From an uncultured cyanobacterium (GTDB taxonomy: Bacteria > Cyanobacteriota > Cyanobacteriia > Cyanobacteriales > Nostocaceae): a DNA stretch of 64,000 nt. The DNA is taken from assembly GCA_963706595.1 (NCBI GenBank), contig OY970166.1, forward strand, positions 3,520,001 through 3,584,000. Reading direction: 5' to 3'. Positions 32,521 to 42,662 of the stretch are shown here, piece by piece; position 1 is the stretch's first letter; the number at the start of each line of letters is the position of its first letter. The translations under genes and the position numbers were made by a program. The notes beneath the pieces were generated by a model, which saw only the letters and a program-made list of their open reading frames with translations, did not search any database and had not been told where the DNA came from.

Positions 32521-35430
32521 TTACTTCGTTTCCATCCAATTATCACCGGCGCGGACATCTACCAGTAATGGGACACTCAAAGTTACAGCATTTTCCATAA
32601 CTGACTTAATTTGTGGTTGCAATTCTTCCCACTCTTGGGGAGGAACTTCAAACACTAATTCATCGTGAACTTGTAATAACAAACGTGCGTCATATTTCTG
32701 CAAAACTTCATGCATTTTAATCATCGCAATCTTGATAATATCAGCACTAGAACCTTGAATTGGCGCATTAGCCGCAGACCGTAATAATCCCGCATCTTCA
32801 GGACCGATATTTTTTAATTTACTTAAGTCAATCTCTTCTGGGTTGCTGTTTTTTAATCTTCTTAAACTATCATTTCTAAAGTCAACATAACGCCGACGAC
32901 CAAGAATAGTTTCCACATAACCTTGGGAAATTGCTTGTTTTTTTACGCCTTCCAAATATGCAAAAACCTGGGGATAACGTTCATTAAATCGCTTAATAAA
33001 CTCATTAGCAATACTTTTATCTATCCCAGTGGAACGGGAAAACCTCAGCGAACCCATACCATAAATCACACCAAAATTGATAGTTTTAGCTATCCGGCGT
33101 TCATCTGATGTAATATCTGATTTTTCAAACACTAAACGGGCTGTGACAGTATGAATATCTTCGTTTTGCTGATATGCTTGTAATAATATCGGCTCTTGAC
33201 TTAAATGAGCCAAAATTCGCAACTCTATTTGTGAGTAATCAGCCGCAGCCATTAAGTATCCTGATTTGGGTAAAAATGCTTTGCGAATTTGACGACTAAA
33301 TGCTGTACGAATGGGAATATTTTGTAAGTTGGGATTAGAGGATGATAACCTACCCGTGGCTGTTACTGTTTGATTAAAATTAGTATGAACTCTCTGAGTA
33401 TCTGGACGGACTAATGCTGGTAACGCATCTACATAAGTAGATTTTAACTTAGATAAAGTGCGGTACTCAATAATGGCATCAATAAACCCAGTTTCATCAA
33501 CTTCTTGGAGTTTTTCTAATGTCGCTGCATCTGTTGAGTAACCAGTTTTGATTTTGCGGGAATATTTGGTGCTTAATCCCAATTTCTCAAATAAGATGAC
33601 GCTCAATTGTTTGGGAGAACCCAAGTTAAATGTTTCTCCAGCAATTCCAATTACTGTTTCCTCCAACTTCGCTAAATCTATCTCTAATTGCTGCGATAAT
33701 TCGTGCAAATAATCTGAATTAATGGAAACACCTGTATATTCCATCTCCGCTAAAACTTCTTCTAGCGGTTGTTCTACTTCTAATAATAATTTGTGCAAAG
33801 CGGGAAAATTTTCTAGTTCCGCACTTAATTTCTGCACAAGTTGAAATGTGGCGTGAACTTGCAAACAGCAATAATATCCCACAGATGTGATACTGATGTC
33901 AGCAATGGTTTGACCTTTGGGAACTAAATCTTCATAACTTTTGAGAATTAAACCTAAGTAACGCAGTGATATATCATTCAGATTGTGGGGAGTATCTGGA
34001 TTGAGAACATAACTGGCTAACATCGTATCAAATACAATTCCCGCCAGTTTAATTCCTTGACAACGAAACACTAAGCGGTCAAATTTGCCATTTTGGAATG
34101 TTTTGGGATAATCAGCACTGGTGAGAATGGGACTGAGTTCTGCAAATACTACATCTTTGCTCAAATTTTCCCCAGTTTTATGCGCCAGAGGAATATAAGC
34201 TGATTCATCTGGTTTCGTTCCCCAACAGCAGCCAATTCCTACTAATGTCGCATCCCGTGGTTCTAAATCAGTGGTTTCCGTATCCCAAGCCACGGGGATG
34301 GCTGGGTTAGTGAATGTTTGTAGTATTTTTACTAATTCACTGAGTTTTTCGGGGGTGTTAATAATCCGTGGTTTAACTGGTGAATCTGCTTGCTGTGGTA
34401 ATGCGGCTGTGTCAGCAGCACTGAAAAACCAGAGATCATCATCTTGATCATTGCTGGAGGCTGCTGTGGAAGTCTCCGCAATTTCCCCCCCAAAACGTTG
34501 CTGAAGTTCGTCTATTTTGCCCAAGAAATGATTGAATTCTAGCTTTTCTAAAATAGGTTTGAGAACGTTGGTATCAAATCCTGTTAATTTGCAATTTTCT
34601 AAATTAATTTCTAAAGGAACATCTAAAACAATTTTTGCTAAATATTGCGATTTTTCCGCATCTTCTTTACCCGTGACTAATTTTTTCTGAATTGCGCCTT
34701 TAATTTCATCTAGGGCTGCATAAATTTCAGCCAGAGTACCGTAGGTAGTAAGTAATTGTACTGCGGTCTTTTCACCGATGCCTTTAACACCAGGTATATT
34801 ATCTGATTTGTCACCACACAGGGCTTTATAATCGACAATTTGCGTAGGTAATACACCTAATTTGGCTTTAACTTCTTCTGTACTAAATTCGGTGATGCTG
34901 TTTGTAGAGCGTTTGAGAGCATCTGGACTAAAATTTAAAACGGTGATTTTTTGCTCTGGGTCGATGAGTTGAAATAAATCTTTATCGCCTGATAAAATCT
35001 TGACTTTATACCCTGCTGCTGTGGCTTTTTGCGCTAAGGTTCCTAAGACATCATCGGCTTCATAACCTGGGGCTGTGAAAATCGGTATGTTAAAGGCTTC
35101 GAGCAATTCTTGGAGATTTTTACGATCAGGAACAAAGTCTTCTGGTGTTTCTCGACGACCAGCTTTATAAGAAGGGTCAGCTTCGTGGCGAAAAGTTGGT
35201 AAGCTTAAATCAAAGGCGATCGCCATTGCTTCTGGCTGTTCTGTAGCCATGACTTCTAGCAAACATTTGAGAAAGCCAAAACATACGCTGGTAGGAATAC
35301 CCATCTTAGTACGTAGTCCGCCATCTCGTCCTTTGGCGAAAGCAAAGTAAGAACGATAGGACAGGGAGTGTCCATCGACAAGGATGAAAGTGGGACGTGT
35401 AACGCTTACAGTATCGTTTGTTTGAGACAT
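32521..35430 (-). CDS. polA: DNA polymerase I
   Basis: 5'-3' exo LVDGHS, YEADD; TGRLSSSNPNLQNIP, DYSQIELR, KTINFGVIYG, QVHDEL. Confidence 0.98.
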   Translation of the reverse strand: MSQTNDTVSVTRPTFILVDGHSLSYRSYFAFAKGRDGGLRTKMGIPTSVCFGFLKCLLEVMATEQPEAMAIAFDLSLPTFRHEADPSYKAGRRETPEDFVPDRKNLQELLEAFNIPIFTAPGYEADDVLGTLAQKATAAGYKVKILSGDKDLFQLIDPEQKITVLNFSPDALKRSTNSITEFSTEEVKAKLGVLPTQIVDYKALCGDKSDNIPGVKGIGEKTAVQLLTTYGTLAEIYAALDEIKGAIQKKLVTGKEDAEKSQYLAKIVLDVPLEINLENCKLTGFDTNVLKPILEKLEFNHFLGKIDELQQRFGGEIAETSTAASSNDQDDDLWFFSAADTAALPQQADSPVKPRIINTPEKLSELVKILQTFTNPAIPVAWDTETTDLEPRDATLVGIGCCWGTKPDESAYIPLAHKTGENLSKDVVFAELSPILTSADYPKTFQNGKFDRLVFRCQGIKLAGIVFDTMLASYVLNPDTPHNLNDISLRYLGLILKSYEDLVPKGQTIADISITSVGYYCCLQVHATFQLVQKLSAELENFPALHKLLLEVEQPLEEVLAEMEYTGVSINSDYLHELSQQLEIDLAKLEETVIGIAGETFNLGSPKQLSVILFEKLGLSTKYSRKIKTGYSTDAATLEKLQEVDETGFIDAIIEYRTLSKLKSTYVDALPALVRPDTQRVHTNFNQTVTATGRLSSSNPNLQNIPIRTAFSRQIRKAFLPKSGYLMAAADYSQIELRILAHLSQEPILLQAYQQNEDIHTVTARLVFEKSDITSDERRIAKTINFGVIYGMGSLRFSRSTGIDKSIANEFIKRFNERYPQVFAYLEGVKKQAISQGYVETILGRRRYVDFRNDSLRRLKNSNPEEIDLSKLKNIGPEDAGLLRSAANAPIQGSSADIIKIAMIKMHEVLQKYDARLLLQVHDELVFEVPPQEWEELQPQIKSVMENAVTLSVPLLVDVRAGDNWMETK

Positions 35431-35848
35431 AACCATATTTTAGCCATTGCGTATCTAAGTTAGTTCCGAGACGCGAAAATCTTGATATCTCTAGATATCT
35501 CTAAGATAATTCTAAATTCCGTATAAATAGCATCGCATTTCCCAAATTAGTAATGTACTCTAGATAAACTAGAGTTTTAAGCAATTTGACCGTCTATTTC
35601 CCTTAAAATCAAAATTTTTCTGTCACAGTAGAAACCATATTTATGGTTTTACAACTAACTAACAGTATAAATACTCAAATTAAGTAAATTCTACAATATT
35701 TAGATTCTGAAAGACGTAATCACCACACGGATTTTATCATCAAATCTTTATACAAAATTGCGTATATTTCTCATGACTAAAAGTCAAATTTTAGAGTTAA
35801 AAATAGGTAAGTGATCATGCACCTACTCGTTTGGGAAAATCATCTTTT

Positions 35849-36568
35849 ATGACAACTAAATTACTCAATTCTCTCGCTGCTGCCACAACATTAGCAGGGA
35901 TGATGGTGACAGCAGGAGTTGCTAATGCAGCTTCACTAAGCTACAACAGGACTACAACTTTCGCTGTAACAGACATCAAAGATTTGCCTCTGAGCATTCA
36001 ACAGTTTGACTCTTCACTGGGTACACTTAATAGCGTCTATTTAGATTTCACCGGTGATTTGACTGGAAATGCCGGATTTGAAAATACTGGTAGTGGCGAG
36101 GCTATAATCACAGTGAAATTACGTGCTGAAATCGACCTAGCAAATGCTAATTTCGATTTAGCACCTCCCTTCCCAATTTTTCCAGAGAGTGATGAAACCT
36201 ACACAGTTACTGCCTTTGACGGCATAGTTGATTTTGGTGGTACTTCTGGAATGACTGTAGCTGGACTGACGGCTACAGGTTCTATACCTACCATAACCTT
36301 TACTGATGCCGCAGATTTAGCAGTATTCACTGGTACAGGCTACTTAGACTTTTTATTCTCAGCTATAGCTGAATCAGGTGTGACTGGATCAGGCAACATG
36401 GCATCTTTTGTGACTACCTTAGCTAAAGCAAATCTCACAGTCACATATAACTATGATGATTTGCAGACTGTTCCTGAACCCTCTGCTCTTCTAGGAATTG
36501 GTTTATTTGCCGGCATTGGTGTGTTGTCACAACGCAAACAAAGCTGGTTTAAGATTTCCCATTGCTAG
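35849..36568 (+). CDS. PEP-CTERM surface protein
   Basis: Signal peptide; VPEPS, TM helix, basic tail. Confidence 0.9.
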   Translation: MTTKLLNSLAAATTLAGMMVTAGVANAASLSYNRTTTFAVTDIKDLPLSIQQFDSSLGTLNSVYLDFTGDLTGNAGFENTGSGEAIITVKLRAEIDLANANFDLAPPFPIFPESDETYTVTAFDGIVDFGGTSGMTVAGLTATGSIPTITFTDAADLAVFTGTGYLDFLFSAIAESGVTGSGNMASFVTTLAKANLTVTYNYDDLQTVPEPSALLGIGLFAGIGVLSQRKQSWFKISHC

Positions 36569-36840
36569 ACTTTGATTAGTCGCTGTCGGTGCTAAAGAGA
36601 CTGAAAACGCTGAGGGTAAATCTATAAGACCTGGAGTAATTCAGGCCAAACTCAGTAAATTAAAAATCGTGTGAGCAATAGTCATGCGAGGTTCAAGAAT
36701 AGTGTTTAACTAATTGAGAGTTGGTATTTTTTGGTATTGTCGCAAGTCATACTTGCATAAGTATAGCTTTTCAGCAGTTGCGTGTTTGTCGATTGAGCTA
36801 ATCAAATAGCTGCTGCTGTTTAATTTTTAAATTAATTCTA

Positions 36841-36872
36841 AAAAAACCGATTTTGAGCAAAATCGGTTTTTT
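36841..36872. terminator. Bidirectional terminator-like hairpin
   Basis: AAAAAACCGATTTTG-ag-CAAAATCGGTTTTTT. Confidence 0.75.
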
Positions 36873-37020
36873 TGTATCAAATTCGACACAGAGAAAGGAT
36901 TAAAGCTTGTAACTACACCACAACAAGCAAGAAATTTGGAATTTCTCCAAATTTGCTTCCTAGAGCTTACTAATAGACCTCAATAAACTAGACATTAATA
37001 TACATATGTGTACAAATTCT

Positions 37021-37173
37021 CTACATTTTCTCTCTAGCCAGCCTCTCTATAACATCACTAAGGCTAGTAGCCTTCATCGCAACTCGCTGGACTTCTAGCC
37101 AAGCTATTGCTGTAGGAGTGAGTGTCATTGTAAATTTCCTCTTTTTCTCGTCGTAAATTTTCTGGCGTGACAT
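37021..37173 (-). CDS. Small ribbon-helix-helix (CopG-like) protein, 50 aa, below the ORF-track cutoff
   Basis: MSRQKIYDEKKRKFTMTLTPTAIAWLEVQRVAMKATSLSDVIERLAREKM*; AAGGAG RBS upstream. Confidence 0.7.
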   Translation of the reverse strand: MSRQKIYDEKKRKFTMTLTPTAIAWLEVQRVAMKATSLSDVIERLAREKM

Positions 37174-37233
37174 ACTTGATCTCCTTTATTAATACGTGTA
37201 CAATATGAGTATAACAGTAATTGAGGTCGAACA

Positions 37234-38385
37234 ATGCTGCTATCCAGGAAAACTCAGCTAAATCTTACAGATGCCCAAAAGCAATTAATGAGTAAACACG
37301 CTGGTATATCCAGGTTTACCTACAATTGGGGTTTAGCTACCTGGACAGCATTGTATAAAGATGGCTTTAAACCCAATCACTTCATTTTGAAAAAGTTCTT
37401 TAATAACGAGGTAAAGACAGCACTACCCTGGATTAAAGAAAAAGGTATTTGTCAAAAAATTACTCAATATGCTTTTGACAATCTTGGCAAAGCATTTAAA
37501 AACTTTTTTGAGAAAAGAGGTGATTACCCAAGATTCAAGAAGAAAAATGTCAACGATAGTTTTACTATAGATGCAAGCGGTAAACCTATTCCTGTAGGCG
37601 GTAAATCAATAAAACTATCTACGATTGGCTGGGTAAAAACTTATGAATGTCTGCCACACACTACTTGCAAATCAATAACTATTAGTAAGCGTGCTGGTGA
37701 TTGGTACATAGCTTTTACTTATGATGTAGTTACAGAGTCAAATGTCAAATCCTACCCATCTGTAGGTGTTGACTTGGGAATCAAAACCCTAGCTACACTG
37801 TCTACTGGCGTTGTAATTGAAAACCCAAAGGCTTACAGAAAAGCTAAAAAGTTATTAGCAAGACGGCAAAGAAAAATACAACGCAAACAGAAAGCATCTA
37901 ACAGGTATAGAAAGCAGAAAAACTTAATTGCCAAAACTCACAAACGTGTATCTGATATCAGGTTAGACAATACCCACAAAGCTACAACACATATTTGCAA
38001 AAACCACGCAGTTGTAGCTATTGAAAATTTAAATGTTAAAGGTATGTTGTCTAATCACAAATTAGCTGGTGCTGTTTCCGATGCTAGTTTTTATGAGTTT
38101 AGAAGACAGCTAGAATATAAATGCACTAAGTTTGGATCTAAGTTAGTAGTTGTTGACCGTTGGTATCCATCCAGCAAAACTTGCTCTAATTGTGGACACA
38201 AACAAGAAATGCCTTTAAAAGAAAGGACATTTAACTGTGGTAATTGTGGACATAGCTTAGATCGTGATTTAAACGCGGCGATCAACTTAAATAATTACGC
38301 AAGAAACACGGAGGGCTTACCCGTGTCTGAACGTGGAGGGTTAATTGCGCCGACGCTACCCTGTGAAACGTTAAATAATGTCTAG
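37234..38385 (+). CDS. tnpB: RNA-guided endonuclease TnpB
   Basis: RuvC GVDLG / IENL / DRDLNAA intact; CxxC..CxxC zinc ribbon. Confidence 0.93.
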   Translation: MLLSRKTQLNLTDAQKQLMSKHAGISRFTYNWGLATWTALYKDGFKPNHFILKKFFNNEVKTALPWIKEKGICQKITQYAFDNLGKAFKNFFEKRGDYPRFKKKNVNDSFTIDASGKPIPVGGKSIKLSTIGWVKTYECLPHTTCKSITISKRAGDWYIAFTYDVVTESNVKSYPSVGVDLGIKTLATLSTGVVIENPKAYRKAKKLLARRQRKIQRKQKASNRYRKQKNLIAKTHKRVSDIRLDNTHKATTHICKNHAVVAIENLNVKGMLSNHKLAGAVSDASFYEFRRQLEYKCTKFGSKLVVVDRWYPSSKTCSNCGHKQEMPLKERTFNCGNCGHSLDRDLNAAINLNNYARNTEGLPVSERGGLIAPTLPCETLNNV

Positions 38386-38449
38386 ACAAGTCTAGGTTTT
38401 ATATAGCAGACTGCTAACCTCGTACTGGGAGTTAAAACCTGGGGAATTT

Positions 38450-39307
38450 ATGCAAAAAGCATCTGCGGCTGATTTGGCTATGGTGGCACATAATATTAAA
38501 TTATTGGTTCTGGATATAGATGGCACTATTTCTGGAGAGTCTAACACTGTGAGCGAACCTGTCAAGCAGGCGATCGCCGCAGTACAAGCTAAAGGAATTC
38601 AGGTGGCGATCGCAACTGGTCGGATGTATTGTTCCGCTTTACGCTTCCACCAAGAACTTAACTCTGTACTACCATTATCAGCTTATCAAGGCGCTTGGAT
38701 TCAAGACCCAGCTAATCAGAAAATTCATCGCCATTGGGCTGTTCCCACGGATATGGCGCACCAACTACTAGATTACTTTGAACAGCCGCATCTGCGATCG
38801 CTCTTATCTGTCCACTTCTATATCAATGATCAGCTTTACGTGCGGGATTTGAGCCAAGAAAGTCGAATTTATGCCGAACGTTCTGGTATTACTCCGATTC
38901 CTGTGGGCGATTTGCGCCAAGTCCTCACCAATGAACCCACTAAAATATTAGCTTTGTGCGACGATACGGAAGTGATCAACGAGCTATTGGGGGACTTGCG
39001 CCGCCAATACACACCTGCTGAACTGTATTTGACAACATCTGTGGCGACCTTTTTTGAAGCCACTAATCCCTTAGTTAATAAGGGAACTGCTGTGCGCTAC
39101 ATTGCCGAAGAACTGCTAGGCTTAGAAAGCAGCAATGTGATGACTATTGGTGATAACTTTAATGATTTGGAAATGCTGCAATATGCTGGTATTGGTGTAG
39201 CGATGGGTAATGCTCCAGCAGGTGTGCAGGCGATCGCGCAATGGGTAGCTCCTCATGTAGAAAAAGATGGAGTTGCAACTGCTGTTGAAAAGTTTTTACT
39301 TTCCTAA
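38450..39307 (+). CDS. Cof-type HAD-IIB hydrolase
   Basis: DIDGT, ATGR, KGTA, GDNFNDLEM, AMGNA. Confidence 0.92.
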   Translation: MQKASAADLAMVAHNIKLLVLDIDGTISGESNTVSEPVKQAIAAVQAKGIQVAIATGRMYCSALRFHQELNSVLPLSAYQGAWIQDPANQKIHRHWAVPTDMAHQLLDYFEQPHLRSLLSVHFYINDQLYVRDLSQESRIYAERSGITPIPVGDLRQVLTNEPTKILALCDDTEVINELLGDLRRQYTPAELYLTTSVATFFEATNPLVNKGTAVRYIAEELLGLESSNVMTIGDNFNDLEMLQYAGIGVAMGNAPAGVQAIAQWVAPHVEKDGVATAVEKFLLS

Positions 39308-39346
39308 GATATTCTTTCTATCTACCATGACCAAATAAATGAAATC

Positions 39347-39413
39347 AGAAAAGACACCGACGACTGGCCGTGTTTCGTCTCGGTGCCTTCGCTGGTTCGC
39401 TCCTCACACAACT
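39347..39413 (-). ncRNA. Yfr2-family small RNA
   Basis: 5' GTTGTGTGAGGAG, stem with GAAACACGG loop, U-tail; TTGACT-17-TATATT promoter at 39445-39417. Confidence 0.7.
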
Positions 39414-39647
39414 GATAATATAGCCGAGGTGATGAAATGAGTCAATACTTACGAGAAAAGTTTTGATTTTTTGCGTCTGAGATCCTATTGGCTGATGGTA
39501 TGTTCATTCAGCACAAAATTGCGTAGACATTCATTCTCCTTTGCATGGTCAAGTAGAGTATGTTGTCAATTTCGCGATGCTCAATTTTGCTCGTTGGTCA
39601 ATTCGTCACTCACGCGTATTCATCTCATCACACCCCTATCGGGTAGG

Positions 39648-39945
39648 CTACAGTGTACACACAAGTCGAAAAATATTACCTGCACTCATTTTCTTTTGGT
39701 AGGGTGCGTTATGGACTTTAGTCCTAACGCACCGAAAATCTGGGATGGTGCGTTAGCCTTCGGCATAACACACCACTACTGGACTGACACGCTTTAAATG
39801 AGGCATTAGCCAAAGTCTATATCATCCGCGTTTATCGGCGTTTATCGGCGTTTTTGACCTCTAAACTAATGCACTATTTTAAGCTTGCCACGCCACTACT
39901 TTTAAAGGATTTGGGGTGACGCAATCACTTGTGTGTACACCGTAG
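39648..39945. mobile_element. Composite MITE with IS50/IS4-like ends containing a REP-like double hairpin and an IS630-derived MITE (39779-39896)
   Basis: TIR CTAC(A/G)GTGTACACACAAGT; 10-bp TSD ATCGGGTAGG at 39638 and 39946. Confidence 0.85.
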
Positions 39946-40042
39946 ATCGGGTAGGTGAGAGGCTTCTACTGTTTAAGCTAAATTTATTCAGATTTGCCAA
40001 ATTTTTTTCAAGACACGTAATGCGAGAAAAAATGTATCCTGG

Positions 40043-40897
40043 CTATAACTCCAGAGGCGCAACAGCACCCAGTTTGTCTACCAGTAAACACCTCAACACA
40101 GACTGAGTAGCTATGATTAATCCCAGTCTGGCTTGGGCTAATTCTAGGGCAGAAATTTTTACCTTTCCCCAAATACGGCACTGGCTCCAAAAAATCTCAA
40201 AAGTTTGACTTAAATCCAGCCCTAATTTTTCCCAGTTCGCCGCACTACACAAATCAGGACATTCTAAATAGTCTATCACTTGTACTAACTCAGAAATTAG
40301 ACGACCCTCGGCTGTGTGACTGAGGCGGAGTTTTTGATGGTCGTTCAGCCAAGATATTTGCTCTGTTGAAACCAAATTACGTAAAGCAGAGTTTTCGCCT
40401 ATATCAGGTATTGGTTCTCGAAGTTTAATCAATCCTTCTCGGTGAGCTAGCAGTGCCAATGAGTAACAGCGCGCATGAGCATATTGAATAGCAAACAAGC
40501 GAGACGGATTGTGGATGGTAATTTTGCTGGTTCCCATTTCCCCATCTCCCCCTATATTCGTAACTACGAGGCTTTGCAACCAAGTAGCTAAAAATAGATG
40601 AGTTAATTCTAAATAAATCAACCCTGGGGGAACTATTTGCACACTAAAAACGTCGCCACGAATTGCTGATAAGTGAGAGCCGATACCACTGGCTATCTCC
40701 ATAGTTGTTTGATTATGAGATTTAGCTAACCGTAAGGCTACACCTGAAATATATAAAACTCGACTATTGTCTCTACCTTTATATAGAGGAAATTCGCTAG
40801 TTTCTATGCTGATCAATTCACCATTAAAAGTATAAAAACTTAAATTCGCAGGCAAATAAGCATTTAATAAGTTCTTAACTGCTATATATTTGCCCAC
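40043..40897 (-). CDS. Stand-alone ArgRS DALR anticodon-binding domain protein
   Basis: IQYAHARC, FWSQCRI, ARLGL, C-terminal APLEL; no catalytic HIGH domain. Confidence 0.8.
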   Translation of the reverse strand: MGKYIAVKNLLNAYLPANLSFYTFNGELISIETSEFPLYKGRDNSRVLYISGVALRLAKSHNQTTMEIASGIGSHLSAIRGDVFSVQIVPPGLIYLELTHLFLATWLQSLVVTNIGGDGEMGTSKITIHNPSRLFAIQYAHARCYSLALLAHREGLIKLREPIPDIGENSALRNLVSTEQISWLNDHQKLRLSHTAEGRLISELVQVIDYLECPDLCSAANWEKLGLDLSQTFEIFWSQCRIWGKVKISALELAQARLGLIIATQSVLRCLLVDKLGAVAPLEL

Positions 40898-41046
40898 CAG
40901 TAGCCTTTAGTATCCGTACACATATACTCACGAGGTAACTTTTACTTAGTTGTATATTTTTGTCAGCTATCTTAAGATATAAATCTAAACTTCATGAAGA
41001 AATATGAGAGTAGCATAAAATTTGATGAATATTCGATGAATAGTAA

Positions 41047-41060
41047 GTAAACTTTACTAC
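41047..41060. promoter_or_regulatory. Candidate NtcA site upstream of devH
   Basis: GTA-AACTTTAC-TAC matches GTA-N8-TAC. Confidence 0.45.
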
Positions 41061-41230
41061 CATCGTTGTACAGTAGGAAGTATAACAAAAGAGTAGAGTG
41101 CAAATTAACTGCTTTTCTACTCTTTGGATGGCTGGCGCTGTTAGGCGTTAAGCCTACCCTGCCAACACAAAGACACTCCTTGCACCTTTTTATTACGTCT
41201 TTGTCTTCAGCCGAACGCTCTTTGTTACCT

Positions 41231-41950
41231 ATGCAATCTCCATCTTCTTTTTCTGAGGCATCACGGCCTTTTCTAACTTGGCAACGGATTCTTGACTGGG
41301 CTCAAGAACACTATCGCTGCCGCACCTTTAGCAAAGATGAGCGCATTCCAGCCAGACCTGGATTGCTGTACTTGGTCCAAAGGGGTGCAATCCGCATGGT
41401 AGGAACCGCACAAGTTAGTGCTACTGCCAGTCAACTAACGTCTCGACGAATTAACAGAACTCCAGAAGAAGCATTCTTGGGTTTTGTCGGTGCGGGACAA
41501 CCGTTTGAAATTGTTGCTCAGTCACCATTCACGCTCCAAGCATACGCCCACGTTGACCAAACTGCGGTGCTGTGGATGTACTGGCACGACTTAGACAACT
41601 GGCCTCACTTCCGACGTGAAGTAATGGATGCCTTTAGGTATCAGCACCAGCGTAAATTACTGTGGCTGAGTGCCTTGGGACAACGGCGCACAATTGACCG
41701 ACTTTTAGGATTTCTCACACTGTTGATTGAGGAATATGGAGAACCTTCCATGAGCGAAACTGACCCCGATGTGATTCGTGGCTATGCTCTGCCCTTCCCC
41801 TTGACTCATGCCCAAATTGGTAGCGCTATCGGTTCAACTCGTGTGACGGTGACTCGCTTGATGGGCAAGTTGCGTCAGCGCGGCTTAATTCTGACTCAAG
41901 GAGACAATCTTATTTGCTTGCCGGCAGATTCGATTAATCGAGTCAACTAA
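41231..41950 (+). CDS. devH: Heterocyst Crp-family regulator DevH (239 aa)
   Basis: MQSPSSFSEASRPFLTWQRILDWAQEHY N-terminus; THAQIGSAIGSTRVTVTR HTH. Confidence 0.88.
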   Translation: MQSPSSFSEASRPFLTWQRILDWAQEHYRCRTFSKDERIPARPGLLYLVQRGAIRMVGTAQVSATASQLTSRRINRTPEEAFLGFVGAGQPFEIVAQSPFTLQAYAHVDQTAVLWMYWHDLDNWPHFRREVMDAFRYQHQRKLLWLSALGQRRTIDRLLGFLTLLIEEYGEPSMSETDPDVIRGYALPFPLTHAQIGSAIGSTRVTVTRLMGKLRQRGLILTQGDNLICLPADSINRVN

Positions 41951-42662
41951 AACGCAGTTCAAAGCTGATGACAAAAAGCCACAGTAAGTTAGAGTCAGCA
42001 ACACCTACTTGCTGCTTGGCTGAACCAATCTGTTTGACCACCACAAACAGATGGCGCTGAATTGGGTAACGTAATTGATGCAAAAATCTCAATGCTCAAT
42101 TTGTTCCTTTTACCAAAACATTTAAAAGGGAGAATAAATGTTTTGGTAATGAGGAGTCTATGGCCCTTGCGTCCGCCCCAACGGCAAGGGCTAATAGCAT
42201 ATTCTGGCAGCTTTTATGGAGTAAAAGCCGATGAGATGTTACCCGAACTATCAGTGAGTTTTGATCTGAAAATAATGGGGCGCTGGTTTTGGCTGATTAT
42301 GGCACTGGTTCAAAGTCATAGCCAGTACTTGAGCGGTTACCAGGAACTATTTTTACCAACTGTACAGGGGCATTGCGATCGCCTGATGGTAAAAATCTAA
42401 TTGCACCAGAAGCGCCCATAGCAGAGAAATTAGATGCGGAGAGTGCTTGTTTTACCCCCAAACGCGTCGGATTTTGTTCTAAGGCGGCAATGAGGGCAAC
42501 AGTGGCATCATAAGCCATAGCAGTGCGCCAACTGACATCACCACCCCACAACTGCCGAGACTTTTGGGGAAATTCTGAATTGCGTTCGCCTTCAATATGC
42601 CAGGGAACTGCTACTACCATCCCAGATGCTTGTTCTCCACCAACTTCTAAAGTTTTGACGGT

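Larger units (their letters stand above)
36964..38409 (+). mobile_element. TnpB element without TnpA, ends resembling IS607 family
   Basis: TAGAC/GTCTA repeats at both ends, no subterminal hairpins or TSD; boundaries inferred from a shared AG dinucleotide. Confidence 0.6.

Noticed and set aside
39471..39797. 108-aa ORF
   Set aside because: Runs through MITE/REP sequence; no coding signature.
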